Part shown: in pieces, positions 9,971-19,172 of the stretch
Position numbering within the stretch: position 1 is the first letter of the stretch
Layout: every line of letters starts with the position of its first letter
NCBI GenBank assembly: GCA_963667825.1
Contig: OY764022.1
Coordinates: 360,715-384,714, forward strand
DNA length: 24,000 bases
From: Negativicutes bacterium
GTDB taxonomy: Bacteria > Bacillota > Negativicutes > SG130
Direction: 5' to 3'
Program-made: the position numbers and the translations under genes
The notes under the pieces: model-generated
Database searches by the model: none
Told to the model about the DNA's origin: nothing
The model's input: the letters and a program-made list of their open reading frames with translations, nothing else

Positions 9971-10000
9971 AAATCCTGTCCGACTTCGGACAGGATTTTT
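9971..10000 (+). terminator. Intrinsic terminator of rpsT
   Basis: A 12-bp perfect stem, aaatcctgtccg / cggacaggattt, with loop actt, followed by TTTTT. It is A-rich on the 5' side, so it could act in both directions. Confidence 0.7.
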
Positions 10001-10014
10001 GCATTTCACGCCTT

Positions 10015-10057
10015 AAAACCCGTAAGCCGTATCGTTTCGAGACCGCTTACGGGTTTT
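10015..10057 (-). terminator. Hairpin terminator downstream of holA (convergent with rpsT)
   Basis: A 13-nt arm aaaacccgtaagc (10015-10027) pairs with gcttacgggtttt (10045-10057) around a 17-nt loop. A/T tracts lie on both sides. It is 26 nt beyond the holA stop. Confidence 0.5.
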
Positions 10058-10082
10058 TCACTAGCGTGTTAAACCCTCACCT

Positions 10083-11096
10083 TTATACCCTGCGGCAAAG
10101 ACGAATGATGATGCCTTCAAGAACCGCCGCATCGGCGCGCCCCGACTTAAGCGCCCAGTCCGCATCGCTTAATTCCTGAAACGCAGCCCGCAACGCCTTA
10201 GCGGAAAACCCCTTCGACTGCACCGCCATTTTTTCTGCAATAAATGGCGCCACACCAAGTTTCGGGCCTAACTCGCGCGCACCAATCCCTCTTTGCAAAT
10301 ATTCCTTGGCTTGCCAAAGCTGCCTTACCTGGCGAGCCAGCAAGCCGAGGAAACGCAACGGGTGTTCGCCTGCGCGAAACTGATCTTGCAGCAGTTCAAG
10401 CGCTTTCGCCGCTTTTCGCTGATTCATCGCATCCATGATCGCAAAGACCGACGTTTCCGGCAGCGTTCCTAGAACGGCGGTTGCCGCCTCGAGATTCGCT
10501 TGTTTCTTAGGATGTACATATAAGAAAACCTTATCCAATTCATTTTCAAGCAATTCCTGCGACAGTTGGGGCATCTGCCCGAATATCGAGAGAAACCATT
10601 CCTGCGCATCGCCTGTCATCGTGCAGGCGCGCTCGCGTAACGCTTGCTGCAGCCAGGCGCGCAAGTCTTTCGCCTTAAGCGGCGAAAATTCAACGATCCG
10701 GCCGTTTTTTTCCACCGCCTTATACCAGCGGCGACGCTTATCGACGCCGTCTGCGCCGACAATCAGCAAACAGGCATATTCGGGAATATTTGCCAATAAT
10801 GCAAGCAGAGCTTCCTCTTCCGCCTTTTCTTTACTTTGCCAGCCTTTGCCGCTGCGCAGAACAATTACCTGGCGCTGACCGAAAAACGGCGCCGTCTCTA
10901 CGCTGCGCACCAGCTCCCCGACTGACACCTCCTGCTCAAAGATCAAGAGATTCATCTGCCGGTCTTCCGGCGGCAACAAGGCTTCCACTAATGTCTGCTC
11001 GGCTTTTCGCAGCCAATATAAATCGTCGCCATGCAACAGATACAACCGTCCCAGTGGCTCCTGCATCAATTGTTTCACCGTATCCTTCGCGCTCAT
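10083..11096 (-). CDS. holA: DNA polymerase III delta subunit
   Basis: Size is 337 aa. The N-terminus LYLLHGDDLYWLRKAEQTL is typical of HolA, and the C-terminal domain is helical. It sits between comEC and rpsT exactly as B. subtilis holA (yqeN). The assignment rests on family resemblance plus synteny. Confidence 0.85.
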   Translation of the reverse strand: MSAKDTVKQLMQEPLGRLYLLHGDDLYWLRKAEQTLVEALLPPEDRQMNLLIFEQEVSVGELVRSVETAPFFGQRQVIVLRSGKGWQSKEKAEEEALLALLANIPEYACLLIVGADGVDKRRRWYKAVEKNGRIVEFSPLKAKDLRAWLQQALRERACTMTGDAQEWFLSIFGQMPQLSQELLENELDKVFLYVHPKKQANLEAATAVLGTLPETSVFAIMDAMNQRKAAKALELLQDQFRAGEHPLRFLGLLARQVRQLWQAKEYLQRGIGARELGPKLGVAPFIAEKMAVQSKGFSAKALRAAFQELSDADWALKSGRADAAVLEGIIIRLCRRV

Positions 11097-11157
11097 TCCA
11101 GCCTCCCTGTGCGATTCTCCCTTCCTTATTGTACCCGATTCAATACATAAAGCAAAG

Positions 11158-13473
11158 CTATCCGCCGTTCTGCCGTTTCCACTCCCAAGGATTATCCGCT
11201 GACTCTCGCCATGTCTTCACCGATAAGTTCTCTCCGTCGGTGCTAAATACGATCGCCCCGCTCACATCGGTGCGGTACACGCTGACCCCAGCTTTTTGCA
11301 AGCGTCGCAGCGCCTCTGGATGAGGATGACCATACGAATTTCCCGCGCCGACCGATATTGCCGCACAAATCGGCTGCACCAACGCCAAGAATTCTTCACT
11401 CGTCGCTTTTGCCGCGCCGTGATGACCAACCTTGAGCACCGTACTCTTTAGCAACTCACCCTTTTCTTTCACTAAGGCGGCCTCACTTTTCCCTTCTAAA
11501 TCACCCGTGAAAAGAAAACTCTGTTTACCATATTGGATCCTTAGCACAGCCGATCCTTCATTTCCTGTTCCGTTTTCAAAATCTCCCGCCGCCAATATCT
11601 CGACGTCAACGCCATCCATCTTCAAGCGCTGACCTTGTCGCAAAAAAATCGGCGGCCGATCGCTCAAACGAATTGCCTGCATCACCGGCGGCGTCGCAGG
11701 CCCGCTCGGCAGAAGAAGTTGCTCAACCTTTATGCCCTCGACGATCGCCGGCGCTCCGCCCGCGTGATCGTCGTGTTCATGGCTCAAAATCAGGTAATCC
11801 AGTTTATAAACGCCCTGATGCTTTAGATAAGGAAGCACAACTCTCTTGCCGACTTCTCCTGCGCCGCCTTGTCCTGCATCGATCAGCACGCCTCTTCCCG
11901 CTGGCGTTTTAAGCAATATGGCCTCGCCTTGTCCGACATCAATCATATGCACTTCCAATACGCCCGCCGACGGCGCATACAATATCGCAAGCAGTAAAAC
12001 GGTCAACAGCATTCCCGCCTGCTTTCTCCATGGACGCCACGCCAAAGGCCACCAAGGCAGACTCAACAAGAGGAAGTAAACACTCCCTGCGGCAAGCCCA
12101 AATGGCGGCAACGGCAGCGTGGCGCCGGGCATCTGCGCCAATATTTTTGCGGCAGAAAAGGCAAGAGAAAAAACAAAACTAGCCAAGACAAAGGCCATTT
12201 TACCCGCCAGAAAAAAACTTCCGCCAAGCAGCGCCCCTGCAAGACCTATCATCATAACGATCTCCAACATGGGCGCGACGATGAGATTCGCCGGCAGACT
12301 CGCCATGGATAAACTTTTAAAGTACCAGGCTAAAAACGGCAGCGAACCAAGTTGTGCGCCGACCGTCACGGCCAGTATTCCGGCCACGCTTTCAGGCAAC
12401 CAGGCGCTGCCTGCTTTTTGTAACGGTTTGTTGAAAGCCAGCAACCCCAGCGTTGCGGCAAAACTCAATTGAAAACTGATATCCCAGAGCAGCGGCGGTT
12501 CATAAAGAAGCAACCCGCCTGCCGCAAGACAAAGCGCCGCCCAGGCGTCTTTATCGCGTCCGCTGCAAAGTGCCCCGAGCGCAATCCAGCCCATCAACAA
12601 CGCCCGAGCTACCGGCGAAGAGAAACCGCACACAAATCCATAGGCAAGTGAAATCATAACCGCCGCTGCGGCAGCCGCTCCGTTCGGCATGATATGCCTC
12701 GCCAAACAAAAGACCACGCCGATTAGCAATGCGACATGCGTACCAGAAACCGATAAAATATGAATTAGTCCGGTCGTCGAGAAGACACGTAACCACTCCG
12801 ATGGAATTCCGCCGGCGCCGCCAAATAGCAAGCCTTCCAGCACAGACGCTTCGCTTCCCGGCATCGAAAGAGTCAACAAGGTTCGTATTTTTTGTCGCCA
12901 GATATTGGCACGGCTCGACCAGTCTTCTTTCGCATCGAGCAGCGATACTTGTTGCCAATCCGAAACCGTAAAACGATAACGACTGCCGGCACTCCAAGCT
13001 TGTCCAGGATTGTGATAGCGCGTCCCGGCTGCCAGCTTGCCTGCAAGCGATATTTTCTGCCCCGTTTTAATTTCCCGCTGTCCCTCGATCGGCAAATAGC
13101 ACTGTACCGTCTCCCGCGTCAAAACACGATCGACCGTTTCCAGCGCAAGAAGCAGGCGCAGCCTTTCCTCCCCGCGTATTCCGCCGCTCACCACGGCAGG
13201 GCCGTCCTGCACGCGACCGGATAGGACAACCGTCCTGCCGAGTGCAGCAAACATCGGATCCGGCTTTTCTTCGATTTGTCCGGCCCGCAACACCGCCAGA
13301 CAAAGCCAAAACAAAGCCAGACTCACGCCAAACCGTTTCGCACCGCTCGAACGCGGCCAAAAAAGCAGCAGCAACGACGCAACCAGCAATCCCGACAACC
13401 AACTGCGCATCGCCTCGTGACACCAGATTCCGATGCAGATAAAGATAACCCAAACAGCTAGCCAGTGCGTCAT
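11158..13473 (-). CDS. comEC: DNA internalization-related competence protein ComEC/Rec2
   Basis: 771 aa. It has an N-terminal TM plus OB-like region, a polytopic competence domain, and a C-terminal metallo-beta-lactamase domain with LSHEHDDHAGG (HxHxDH). Its start overlaps the comEA stop (ATGA at 13470-13473). Confidence 0.92.
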   Translation of the reverse strand: MTHWLAVWVIFICIGIWCHEAMRSWLSGLLVASLLLLFWPRSSGAKRFGVSLALFWLCLAVLRAGQIEEKPDPMFAALGRTVVLSGRVQDGPAVVSGGIRGEERLRLLLALETVDRVLTRETVQCYLPIEGQREIKTGQKISLAGKLAAGTRYHNPGQAWSAGSRYRFTVSDWQQVSLLDAKEDWSSRANIWRQKIRTLLTLSMPGSEASVLEGLLFGGAGGIPSEWLRVFSTTGLIHILSVSGTHVALLIGVVFCLARHIMPNGAAAAAAVMISLAYGFVCGFSSPVARALLMGWIALGALCSGRDKDAWAALCLAAGGLLLYEPPLLWDISFQLSFAATLGLLAFNKPLQKAGSAWLPESVAGILAVTVGAQLGSLPFLAWYFKSLSMASLPANLIVAPMLEIVMMIGLAGALLGGSFFLAGKMAFVLASFVFSLAFSAAKILAQMPGATLPLPPFGLAAGSVYFLLLSLPWWPLAWRPWRKQAGMLLTVLLLAILYAPSAGVLEVHMIDVGQGEAILLKTPAGRGVLIDAGQGGAGEVGKRVVLPYLKHQGVYKLDYLILSHEHDDHAGGAPAIVEGIKVEQLLLPSGPATPPVMQAIRLSDRPPIFLRQGQRLKMDGVDVEILAAGDFENGTGNEGSAVLRIQYGKQSFLFTGDLEGKSEAALVKEKGELLKSTVLKVGHHGAAKATSEEFLALVQPICAAISVGAGNSYGHPHPEALRRLQKAGVSVYRTDVSGAIVFSTDGENLSVKTWRESADNPWEWKRQNGG

Positions 13474-14033
13474 AATGAAATCTTGTCTTTTATTTTCTCA
13501 AATTTAGCTTCGCCAATCCCATTTACTTTTTTCAAGTCTTCCAGATTACGAAACCCGCCATGATTATTTCGGTATTCAATGATTCGTTCCGCCATCGCCG
13601 CTCCGACGCCGGGTAATTGATCAAGTTCCTGCTTGCCAGCTGAATTAATGTTTATTTTATTGCCTCTTCCCTGTCCATCAAGGACAGGACTCTTACCAAC
13701 CGTCTCCGCTGTCACTTTATTCTGCGCAGGCACAAGAATCTGCATGCCGTCTTTCACCGCCTGCGCCATATTGATTTTTGACGCATCCGCTTCCGGGCTC
13801 AACCCTCCGGCTGCATTGATCGCGTCTATGATTCTCAAACCGCCGGAAATTTTCACCACGCCAGGATGATTCACAGCACCACTGACATAAATGACATTCA
13901 GTTCGCTTTGCGGCAGGGCATTTTCTCCCACCTGCGGCAGCGTCTTACGCGTCCCATTGTATAGACTGATGCCTAAAATCGCGCAGCCCACCAAAAAGGC
14001 CGCTATCCAACGCCGTTTTTCGTTCTTTTCCAC
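13470..14033 (-). CDS. comEA: Competence protein ComEA (membrane-anchored dsDNA receptor, helix-hairpin-helix)
   Basis: It has an N-terminal TM helix (WIAAFLVGCAILGISL), an SLBB-like middle region, and a C-terminal tandem HhH (LDQLPGVGAAMAERII...VNGIGEAKFEKI). The GTG at 14033 lies 7 nt after GGAGG and is preferred over the TTG at 14048 used by the track. Confidence 0.88.
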   Translation of the reverse strand: MEKNEKRRWIAAFLVGCAILGISLYNGTRKTLPQVGENALPQSELNVIYVSGAVNHPGVVKISGGLRIIDAINAAGGLSPEADASKINMAQAVKDGMQILVPAQNKVTAETVGKSPVLDGQGRGNKININSAGKQELDQLPGVGAAMAERIIEYRNNHGGFRNLEDLKKVNGIGEAKFEKIKDKISL

Positions 14034-14123
14034 GTTTTCACCTCCCAATATCTGGCTTCGCTATTTTTCTTCCATTTCCTGTATTTTAGACAATAAAACA
14101 GATTTTTTTTACACTTTGACAAA

Positions 14124-14155
14124 CAAAAAACACCCGCAAATGCGAGTGTTTTTCA
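14124..14155 (-). terminator. Intrinsic terminator after leuS
   Basis: On the minus strand: acactcgcatttgcgggtgt hairpin (one mismatch) followed by TTTTTTGTTTGT. It starts a few nt after the leuS stop. Confidence 0.6.
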
Positions 14156-14159
14156 AGAC

Positions 14160-16640
14160 TTATTTCACTACGATATTGACCAGTTTTTTCGGAACACAAA
14201 TGACCTTGATCACTTGCCGTCCCTCAATCAAGGCCGTCACTTTATCTTGCGCCAGCGCTTTCTCTTCCATTTCTGCCGGCGTGAGTCCGGAAGCAATAAC
14301 GAGCTTGTCCTTGACCTTGCCGTTGATCTGCAGCACAATCTCCACCTCTTCCAAAACCAGAGCCGCTTCCTCATAAGCAGGCCACTTTTGCTTGTGTACG
14401 CTGCCCTCGCCAATCGTCTCTTGCCATAATTCCTCTGCAATATGGGGCGCAAACGGCGCTATCAGTCGGATCAATGCACTGACCGCTTCGCGCGCTAATG
14501 CCGGACTCACGGCATCAGCCACTTCTTTCGTCGCATACATCGCATTGACCAATTCCATAATGGAGCTGATTGCCGTATTGAAATTGAAACGTTCGCCGAC
14601 ATCTTCGCCGACTTTCTTGATACTGGCATGCAAAATCCGGCGCAATTCCTTGGCTTCTTTCGCCAAGCCGTCGACTTCGACCGCCTCATCTTCCGGCGAC
14701 ATGAACACCGCATAATGTTCCACGATTCTCCACAAACGATTCAAAAAACGGTAAGCCCCTTCGACCCCTTGATCGCTCCATTCCAAATCACGTTCCGGCG
14801 GCGCGGCAAACATGATGAATAAACGAGCCGTATCGGCGCCGTATTTGCTGATGATTTCTTCCGGCGACACCACATTGCCTTTTGATTTTGACATCTTAGC
14901 GCCGTCTTTTGTAACCATGCCCTGCGTCAATAAGTTCTTAAACGGTTCATTGACATTAATCAGCCCGGCATCCTTAAGCACCTTCGTAAAGAAGCGTGAA
15001 TACAGCAAATGTAGTATCGCATGCTCAATGCCGCCGATATATTGATCCACCGGCAGCCAGTAATTGGCCTTGTCGATATTGAAAGGTTCCACCGTATTAT
15101 GCGGATCGGTATAGCGCATGTAATACCATGACGAACAGATAAAGGTATCCATCGTATCCGTTTCACGCCGCGCCTGGCCGCCGCATTTCGGGCAGGCGCA
15201 GTTGAGGAATTCTTCCGCTTGCGCCAGCGGCGATACCGAACCGCCGTTGAAATTGATGTTCTCCGGCAACAAAACCGGCAGCTCCTCTTTCGGTACCGGA
15301 ACCGTTCCGCAGGTCGGGCAATAGAGGATGGGAATCGGCGCGCCCCAATAGCGTTGCCGCGATACAAGCCAATCGCGCAGACGATAGTTGACGCGCAACT
15401 GACCGATCCCCAATTCTTCAAATTTGCGTGCGATTGCGTTTTTACCCGCCTCATTGTCCAAACCGCTGAATTCGCCGGAGTTGACTATAATCCCATCGCC
15501 GTCATAAGCGCCGTTCATTTCTGCCAGGTTAAACTCCTGCCCTTTCGGTTGAACAACGATCTTTTTTGCCAACTGATACTTGTCGGCAAAAATCCAGTCG
15601 CGTTCATCGTGCGCCGGAACGCCCATGACCGCACCCGTCCCGTATTCGTACAACACATAATTAGCCACCCAAATCGGCACCTGTTCACCAGTCAGCGGAT
15701 GTTTTGCATACGATCCGGTGAACATGCCTTCTTTTTCCACTTCGGTGGATGTACGGCTGATCTCACTCATTTTGCGGACGCGCGCGACAAACTCCTTGAC
15801 TGCCTGCGCCTGCTCCTTGCCCTCGATCAAACGTTGCACCATCGGATGCTCCGGTGCAAGAACGATGTAACTGACGCCGAAGACCGTGTCCTGACGCGTC
15901 GTATAAACAGGAATCCGTTCATCCAGTTCCGGTACGGCAAAAGAAAACTCCGCGCCTTCACTGCGACCGATCCAATTTTCCTGCATCGTCTTGACGCGTT
16001 CCGGCCATCCTTTGAGTTCACTCAAATCTTCCAGCAAACGATCGGCATAATCGGTAATCTTGAAAAACCATTGCTCCAGATCTTTCTTAATAACCACCGA
16101 GTCGCAGCGCCAACAGCAACCGTCAACGACCTGTTCATTGGCCAATACGGTATTGCATTGGTCACACCAATTGACCGCAGCTTTTTTCTTATAGGCCAAG
16201 CCCATTTCATAAAACTGCAGAAACAGCCACTGCGTCCAGCGATAATATTCCGGGTGACAGGTCGCGACTTCGCGGTCCCAGTCATAGGAAAGCCCTAATT
16301 CCTGTTGTTGGCGCCGCATGTTGGCTATATTCTCATCCGTCCATTTAGCCGGATGAACGCCATGCTTAATTGCGGCATTTTCAGCCGGCATCCCAAAAGC
16401 ATCCCAGCCCATCGGATGTAAGACATTATAGCCCTGCATCGTCTTAAAACGGGCAATGACGTCGCCGATCGAATAATTGCGTACATGCCCCATATGCAAA
16501 TTCCCGGACGGATACGGGAACATTTCCAGCACATAATATTCGGGACGCTGCCGGTTCAAATCCGTTTTATAAGCCTCTTCTTCAGACCACTTGCGCTGCC
16601 ACTTCGCTTCAATTTCTTGCGGTGCATATTTTTCCTTCAT
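14160..16640 (-). CDS. leuS: Leucyl-tRNA synthetase
   Basis: 826 aa. It has [15 protein letters not shown] (HIGH motif), KMSKSKGN (KMSKS) and a CP1 editing domain, and it is preceded by a Leu-specific T-box leader. Confidence 0.97.
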   Translation of the reverse strand: MKEKYAPQEIEAKWQRKWSEEEAYKTDLNRQRPEYYVLEMFPYPSGNLHMGHVRNYSIGDVIARFKTMQGYNVLHPMGWDAFGMPAENAAIKHGVHPAKWTDENIANMRRQQQELGLSYDWDREVATCHPEYYRWTQWLFLQFYEMGLAYKKKAAVNWCDQCNTVLANEQVVDGCCWRCDSVVIKKDLEQWFFKITDYADRLLEDLSELKGWPERVKTMQENWIGRSEGAEFSFAVPELDERIPVYTTRQDTVFGVSYIVLAPEHPMVQRLIEGKEQAQAVKEFVARVRKMSEISRTSTEVEKEGMFTGSYAKHPLTGEQVPIWVANYVLYEYGTGAVMGVPAHDERDWIFADKYQLAKKIVVQPKGQEFNLAEMNGAYDGDGIIVNSGEFSGLDNEAGKNAIARKFEELGIGQLRVNYRLRDWLVSRQRYWGAPIPILYCPTCGTVPVPKEELPVLLPENINFNGGSVSPLAQAEEFLNCACPKCGGQARRETDTMDTFICSSWYYMRYTDPHNTVEPFNIDKANYWLPVDQYIGGIEHAILHLLYSRFFTKVLKDAGLINVNEPFKNLLTQGMVTKDGAKMSKSKGNVVSPEEIISKYGADTARLFIMFAAPPERDLEWSDQGVEGAYRFLNRLWRIVEHYAVFMSPEDEAVEVDGLAKEAKELRRILHASIKKVGEDVGERFNFNTAISSIMELVNAMYATKEVADAVSPALAREAVSALIRLIAPFAPHIAEELWQETIGEGSVHKQKWPAYEEAALVLEEVEIVLQINGKVKDKLVIASGLTPAEMEEKALAQDKVTALIEGRQVIKVICVPKKLVNIVVK

Positions 16641-16681
16641 AAAAGATCCCCCTCTTTTTTCTCTTTGCCTGCCAGCCTTGC

Positions 16682-16917
16682 GAAAAACAAAAAACGCCCC
16701 TGGCTTAGCGCCAGGGACGAGTTAAACCCGCGATACCACCCTGTTTGACGACTCACGTCGTCCTCTTCATTTAACCAATAACGCCGTCACGCGGCAACGA
16801 TTACTTGCTTCACCGTCGCTCCTCCACAGCGAGTTCAACCGTTTAGGGGATTGGCTCGCATCGCCCGCCAACTTTCTGCACCCGCTACTACGATCTACTG
16901 TTCTGCATCTAAGGATT
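16682..16917 (-). promoter_or_regulatory. T-box riboswitch leader (tRNA-Leu responsive) of leuS
   Basis: On the minus strand the T-box sequence is AGGGUGGUAUCGCGGG (16742-16727). A terminator hairpin follows (16695-16719; ccctggc/gccaggg stem), then UUUUUUGUUUUU. The candidate specifier is GAA-CUC-G (CUC = Leu, plus-strand gag at 16831-16833), followed by a CUGU helix that can pair with an upstream ACAG. The UGGU bulge fits a discriminator A73, as in tRNA-Leu. Confidence 0.85.
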
Positions 16918-16923
16918 TCTTAT

Positions 16924-16952
16924 ATTATAGCGGCTCTCACCAGACAAGTCAA
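16924..16952 (-). promoter_or_regulatory. Sigma-A promoter of the leuS T-box leader
   Basis: On the minus strand: TTGACT (16952-16947), a 17-nt spacer, then TATAAT (16929-16924), a near-consensus match. Confidence 0.7.
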
Positions 16953-16970
16953 CGACAGCCTCCGGCAACC

Positions 16971-16999
16971 TGTGCATTCGAATGATAAAATGATATAAT
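16971..16999 (+). promoter_or_regulatory. Candidate extended -10 promoter for lgt
   Basis: TGTGCA (16971-16976), a 17-nt spacer, then TGaTATAAT (-10 at 16994-16999), about 60 nt upstream of the lgt ATG. Confidence 0.5.
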
Positions 17000-17059
17000 C
17001 ATTTCATATTCTGTTTGTTTGCACTTAGCCGTGCCAAATCAACCCTTGGGAGGTTACTC

Positions 17060-17869
17060 ATGCATCAATATTTGTTCTTCATCGGCGATTTTCCGATCCG
17101 CGCCTATGGTCTCGTCTTGAGCCTCAGCATCATTTTAGCGACTGCGACCGCTTATTTCCTTGCCAAACAGGACGGTCGCTGGCACAAGCATATTCCTGAC
17201 TTCGGACTCTACTGCGGTTTAGCCGGCTTAATCGGCGCTCGTCTTTGGGACGTCTTCTTCTTCGACTGGAGCTATTACAGCCGCCATCTGCTGGAAATCC
17301 CCTTTGTCTGGCAAGGCGGGATGGCCATCCAGGGCGGCGTCTTGCTCGGCGCTTTGACAGGCTATTGGTATACGAAACGCCACGGCATCGACACCTGGTC
17401 CTTCGCCGATATCGTAGCCGCGCCCGCCGTCATCATGGGGCAAGCCTTAGGGCGCGCCGCCAACTTACTGAACGGCGATGCTTTCGGCAGTCCCACTGGC
17501 AGCACGTTCGGCATCTTATACCCTAAGACGACGCTGGCTTACCAAACCTACGGCAACCAACCCTTATGGCCGGCCGAAATCTGGGAAGGCCAGATTGATT
17601 TGGTTATTTTCGTCCTGCTTCTTTTATTCCGAACGACCAATCATAAGAAAGGACAGGTCTTTATCCTCTATGCCGTCCTTTATTCGTGCGCCCGTTTCGG
17701 ACTCGAGTTCTTGCGCGGCGATTACGGCACATTGCTCTTTGGACTAAAGTCGGCTCAACTGACCAGCCTCGCGGTCATCACCGTCGGCCTGCTCCTTTTC
17801 TTCTGGGTAGGACGCAAAGGCGAATCCATTCAGGAGCATGCCGCAAAAAAAGCCACCTCCGGTAGATGA
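17060..17869 (+). CDS. lgt: Prolipoprotein diacylglyceryl transferase
   Basis: Lgt family signatures: MHQYLFFIGDFPIRAYGL..., GGMAIQGG and GRAANLLNGDAFG. It is polytopic. The ATG at 17060 lies 6 nt after GGGAGG, and the track start at 17015 has no SD. Confidence 0.93.
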   Translation: MHQYLFFIGDFPIRAYGLVLSLSIILATATAYFLAKQDGRWHKHIPDFGLYCGLAGLIGARLWDVFFFDWSYYSRHLLEIPFVWQGGMAIQGGVLLGALTGYWYTKRHGIDTWSFADIVAAPAVIMGQALGRAANLLNGDAFGSPTGSTFGILYPKTTLAYQTYGNQPLWPAEIWEGQIDLVIFVLLLLFRTTNHKKGQVFILYAVLYSCARFGLEFLRGDYGTLLFGLKSAQLTSLAVITVGLLLFFWVGRKGESIQEHAAKKATSGR

Positions 17870-17911
17870 GACTCCTTATCCGGCAACGGCTTGCTTCGCT
17901 CCCTTTATAGT

Positions 17912-17948
17912 AAAAAAGATCCGCGCCGCTACGGCTCGGATCTTTTTC
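17912..17948. terminator. Bidirectional intrinsic terminator between convergent lgt and ridA
   Basis: aaaaaAGATCCGcGCCGctaCGGCtCGGATCTtttt is a GC-rich hairpin flanked by an A-tract and a T-tract. Confidence 0.7.
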
Positions 17949-17972
17949 CTTTTGGGCACGCCCCTGACGCAA

Positions 17973-18353
17973 TTACGGATAAACGGCGATGACCTCGATT
18001 TCAATGCTTACGTCACGCGGTAGTCGCGCTACCTGTACGCATGCCCGCGCCGGGTATGGACTGGTAAAATACTCGCCATAAATTTTATTCATATGGGAAA
18101 AATCATTCATATCTTGCAAAAAGACACCCGATTTCACAACATGGTCAAACGTCAGTCCTTCATGTTCCAAAACAGCTTTGATATTCATCAGGACCTGATG
18201 CGTTTGCGATTCGATTCCGCCATACACAATTTGGCCGGTTATCGGATCTAATGGAATCTGTCCCGAAACGAATAGAAAACCGTTCGCTTTTACCGCTTGC
18301 GAATAAGGTCCGATAGCCTGAGGCGCTCTATCAGTACTGACCAGAGTTTTCAT
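17973..18353 (-). CDS. ridA: RidA/YjgF/UK114 family reactive-intermediate (enamine/imine) deaminase
   Basis: 126 aa, with TDRAPQAIGPYSQAVKANGFLFVSGQIPLDP and a C-terminal ...ARACVQVARLPRDVSIEIEVIA, typical of the family. SD GGAGG lies 8 nt upstream. Confidence 0.9.
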   Translation of the reverse strand: MKTLVSTDRAPQAIGPYSQAVKANGFLFVSGQIPLDPITGQIVYGGIESQTHQVLMNIKAVLEHEGLTFDHVVKSGVFLQDMNDFSHMNKIYGEYFTSPYPARACVQVARLPRDVSIEIEVIAVYP

Positions 18354-18434
18354 TCACAATTCCTCCATCAACATCATTGATTTTATTCCTTGTTAAACAT
18401 TTCTCGCCCGAGCTGCAAACTCCTCTCCTAATCT

Positions 18435-19160
18435 TTAAATTTTTCCAAGCAGCATGAACAAGCCTTGCAGCAGTGCGCTCGGACTCGGCGGACAGCCTGG
18501 CACATATACATCGACCGGCAACACTTGATCGAGTGCGCCGACCACCGCATATCCCTTTGGAAAAACCTTACCGCTGCAGGCACAAGCGCCGACCGCCATC
18601 ACCAAGCGCGGCTCCGGCGTTGCTTCATATGTCATCGTAATGGCTTCCAGCAAATTTTTCGTGACGACCCCGGTTACCATCAATAAATCGGCGTGGCGAG
18701 GCGAAGCGACAAAATCTATGCCGTATTGCTGCAAGTCATAAAGGGGCGACCCCAGCGCGGACATTTCAAAGTCGCAAGCATTGCAAGATCCGGCATCTAG
18801 ATGACGGATATGCAGCGATCGGCCGAGCACACTGGAAATCCGTTTCCTAAGCAAATCCCCCGCTTCGCCTTCCAAACGAAGCCCCATCTGCGCTAACGCA
18901 ACATTTTGCGTTTGGCTGAGACAGCGCTGACACTGCGTGACGCACAAACCACAAAAGAGGCACTTCTTCCTTTCCCATTTTAAACCGCTTCGCTTCGCTT
19001 CCAGTGCACCGGTTGGGCAATAGAGCGCGCACTCTCCGCAACCGTCGCAGTCTTGCGCTTCAATGACAAGCTCTCCGCGCACTCCTGTCGAAGCGCCTGC
19101 CTCTGCGTACGCTTCGGTCGCAATTCCCGTATACAAAATTTGTTTCAACATGCGCAGCAT
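18435..19160 (-). CDS. Group 4 [NiFe]-hydrogenase small subunit (HycG/HyfI/NuoB-like) with N-terminal HycF/HyfH-like 2x[4Fe-4S] ferredoxin domain (fusion)
   Basis: The N-terminus MLRMLKQILYTGIATEAY resembles HyfH/HycF N-termini. Two cluster motifs follow: CDGCGECALYCP and CLFCGLCVTQC. The C-terminal half has the NuoB/HycG motifs GSCNACDFE, SPRHADLLMVTG, GACACSG and PGCPPSP. Total length is 241 aa. Confidence 0.88.
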   Translation of the reverse strand: MLRMLKQILYTGIATEAYAEAGASTGVRGELVIEAQDCDGCGECALYCPTGALEAKRSGLKWERKKCLFCGLCVTQCQRCLSQTQNVALAQMGLRLEGEAGDLLRKRISSVLGRSLHIRHLDAGSCNACDFEMSALGSPLYDLQQYGIDFVASPRHADLLMVTGVVTKNLLEAITMTYEATPEPRLVMAVGACACSGKVFPKGYAVVGALDQVLPVDVYVPGCPPSPSALLQGLFMLLGKI

Positions 19161-19172
19161 AATCCAACCCCC

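Noticed and set aside
14034-14048. TTG start at 14048 for comEA (MGGEN...)
   Set aside because: That TTG overlaps the GGAGG, which is perfectly placed for the GTG at 14033. The 5 extra residues are probably not translated.
15219-16298. 359-aa plus-strand ORF antisense to leuS. Similar long antisense or alternate-frame ORFs occur at 2602-3462, 1543-2034, 3895-4368, 4519-5025, 5402-5842, 6540-7067, 10790-11323 and 12551-12997
   Set aside because: All lie entirely within strongly supported genes on the other strand or frame. Their translations are Arg/Phe/Ile-rich low-complexity strings without motifs. This is typical stop-codon depletion opposite real genes.
17015-17059. Upstream start (17015) of the lgt ORF, adding MFALSRAKSTLGRLL
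   Set aside because: No SD precedes it and it overlaps the candidate promoter/leader. The ATG at 17060 has GGGAGG at ideal spacing, and Lgt homologues start near MxxYL.
17973-18434. ridA as a functional member of the hydrogenase operon (same strand, 81-nt gap, no obvious terminator)
   Set aside because: Adjacency is the only evidence. RidA is a ubiquitous housekeeping deaminase with its own good SD. I know of no mechanistic link to group 4 hydrogenases. Co-transcription is possible but not informative.
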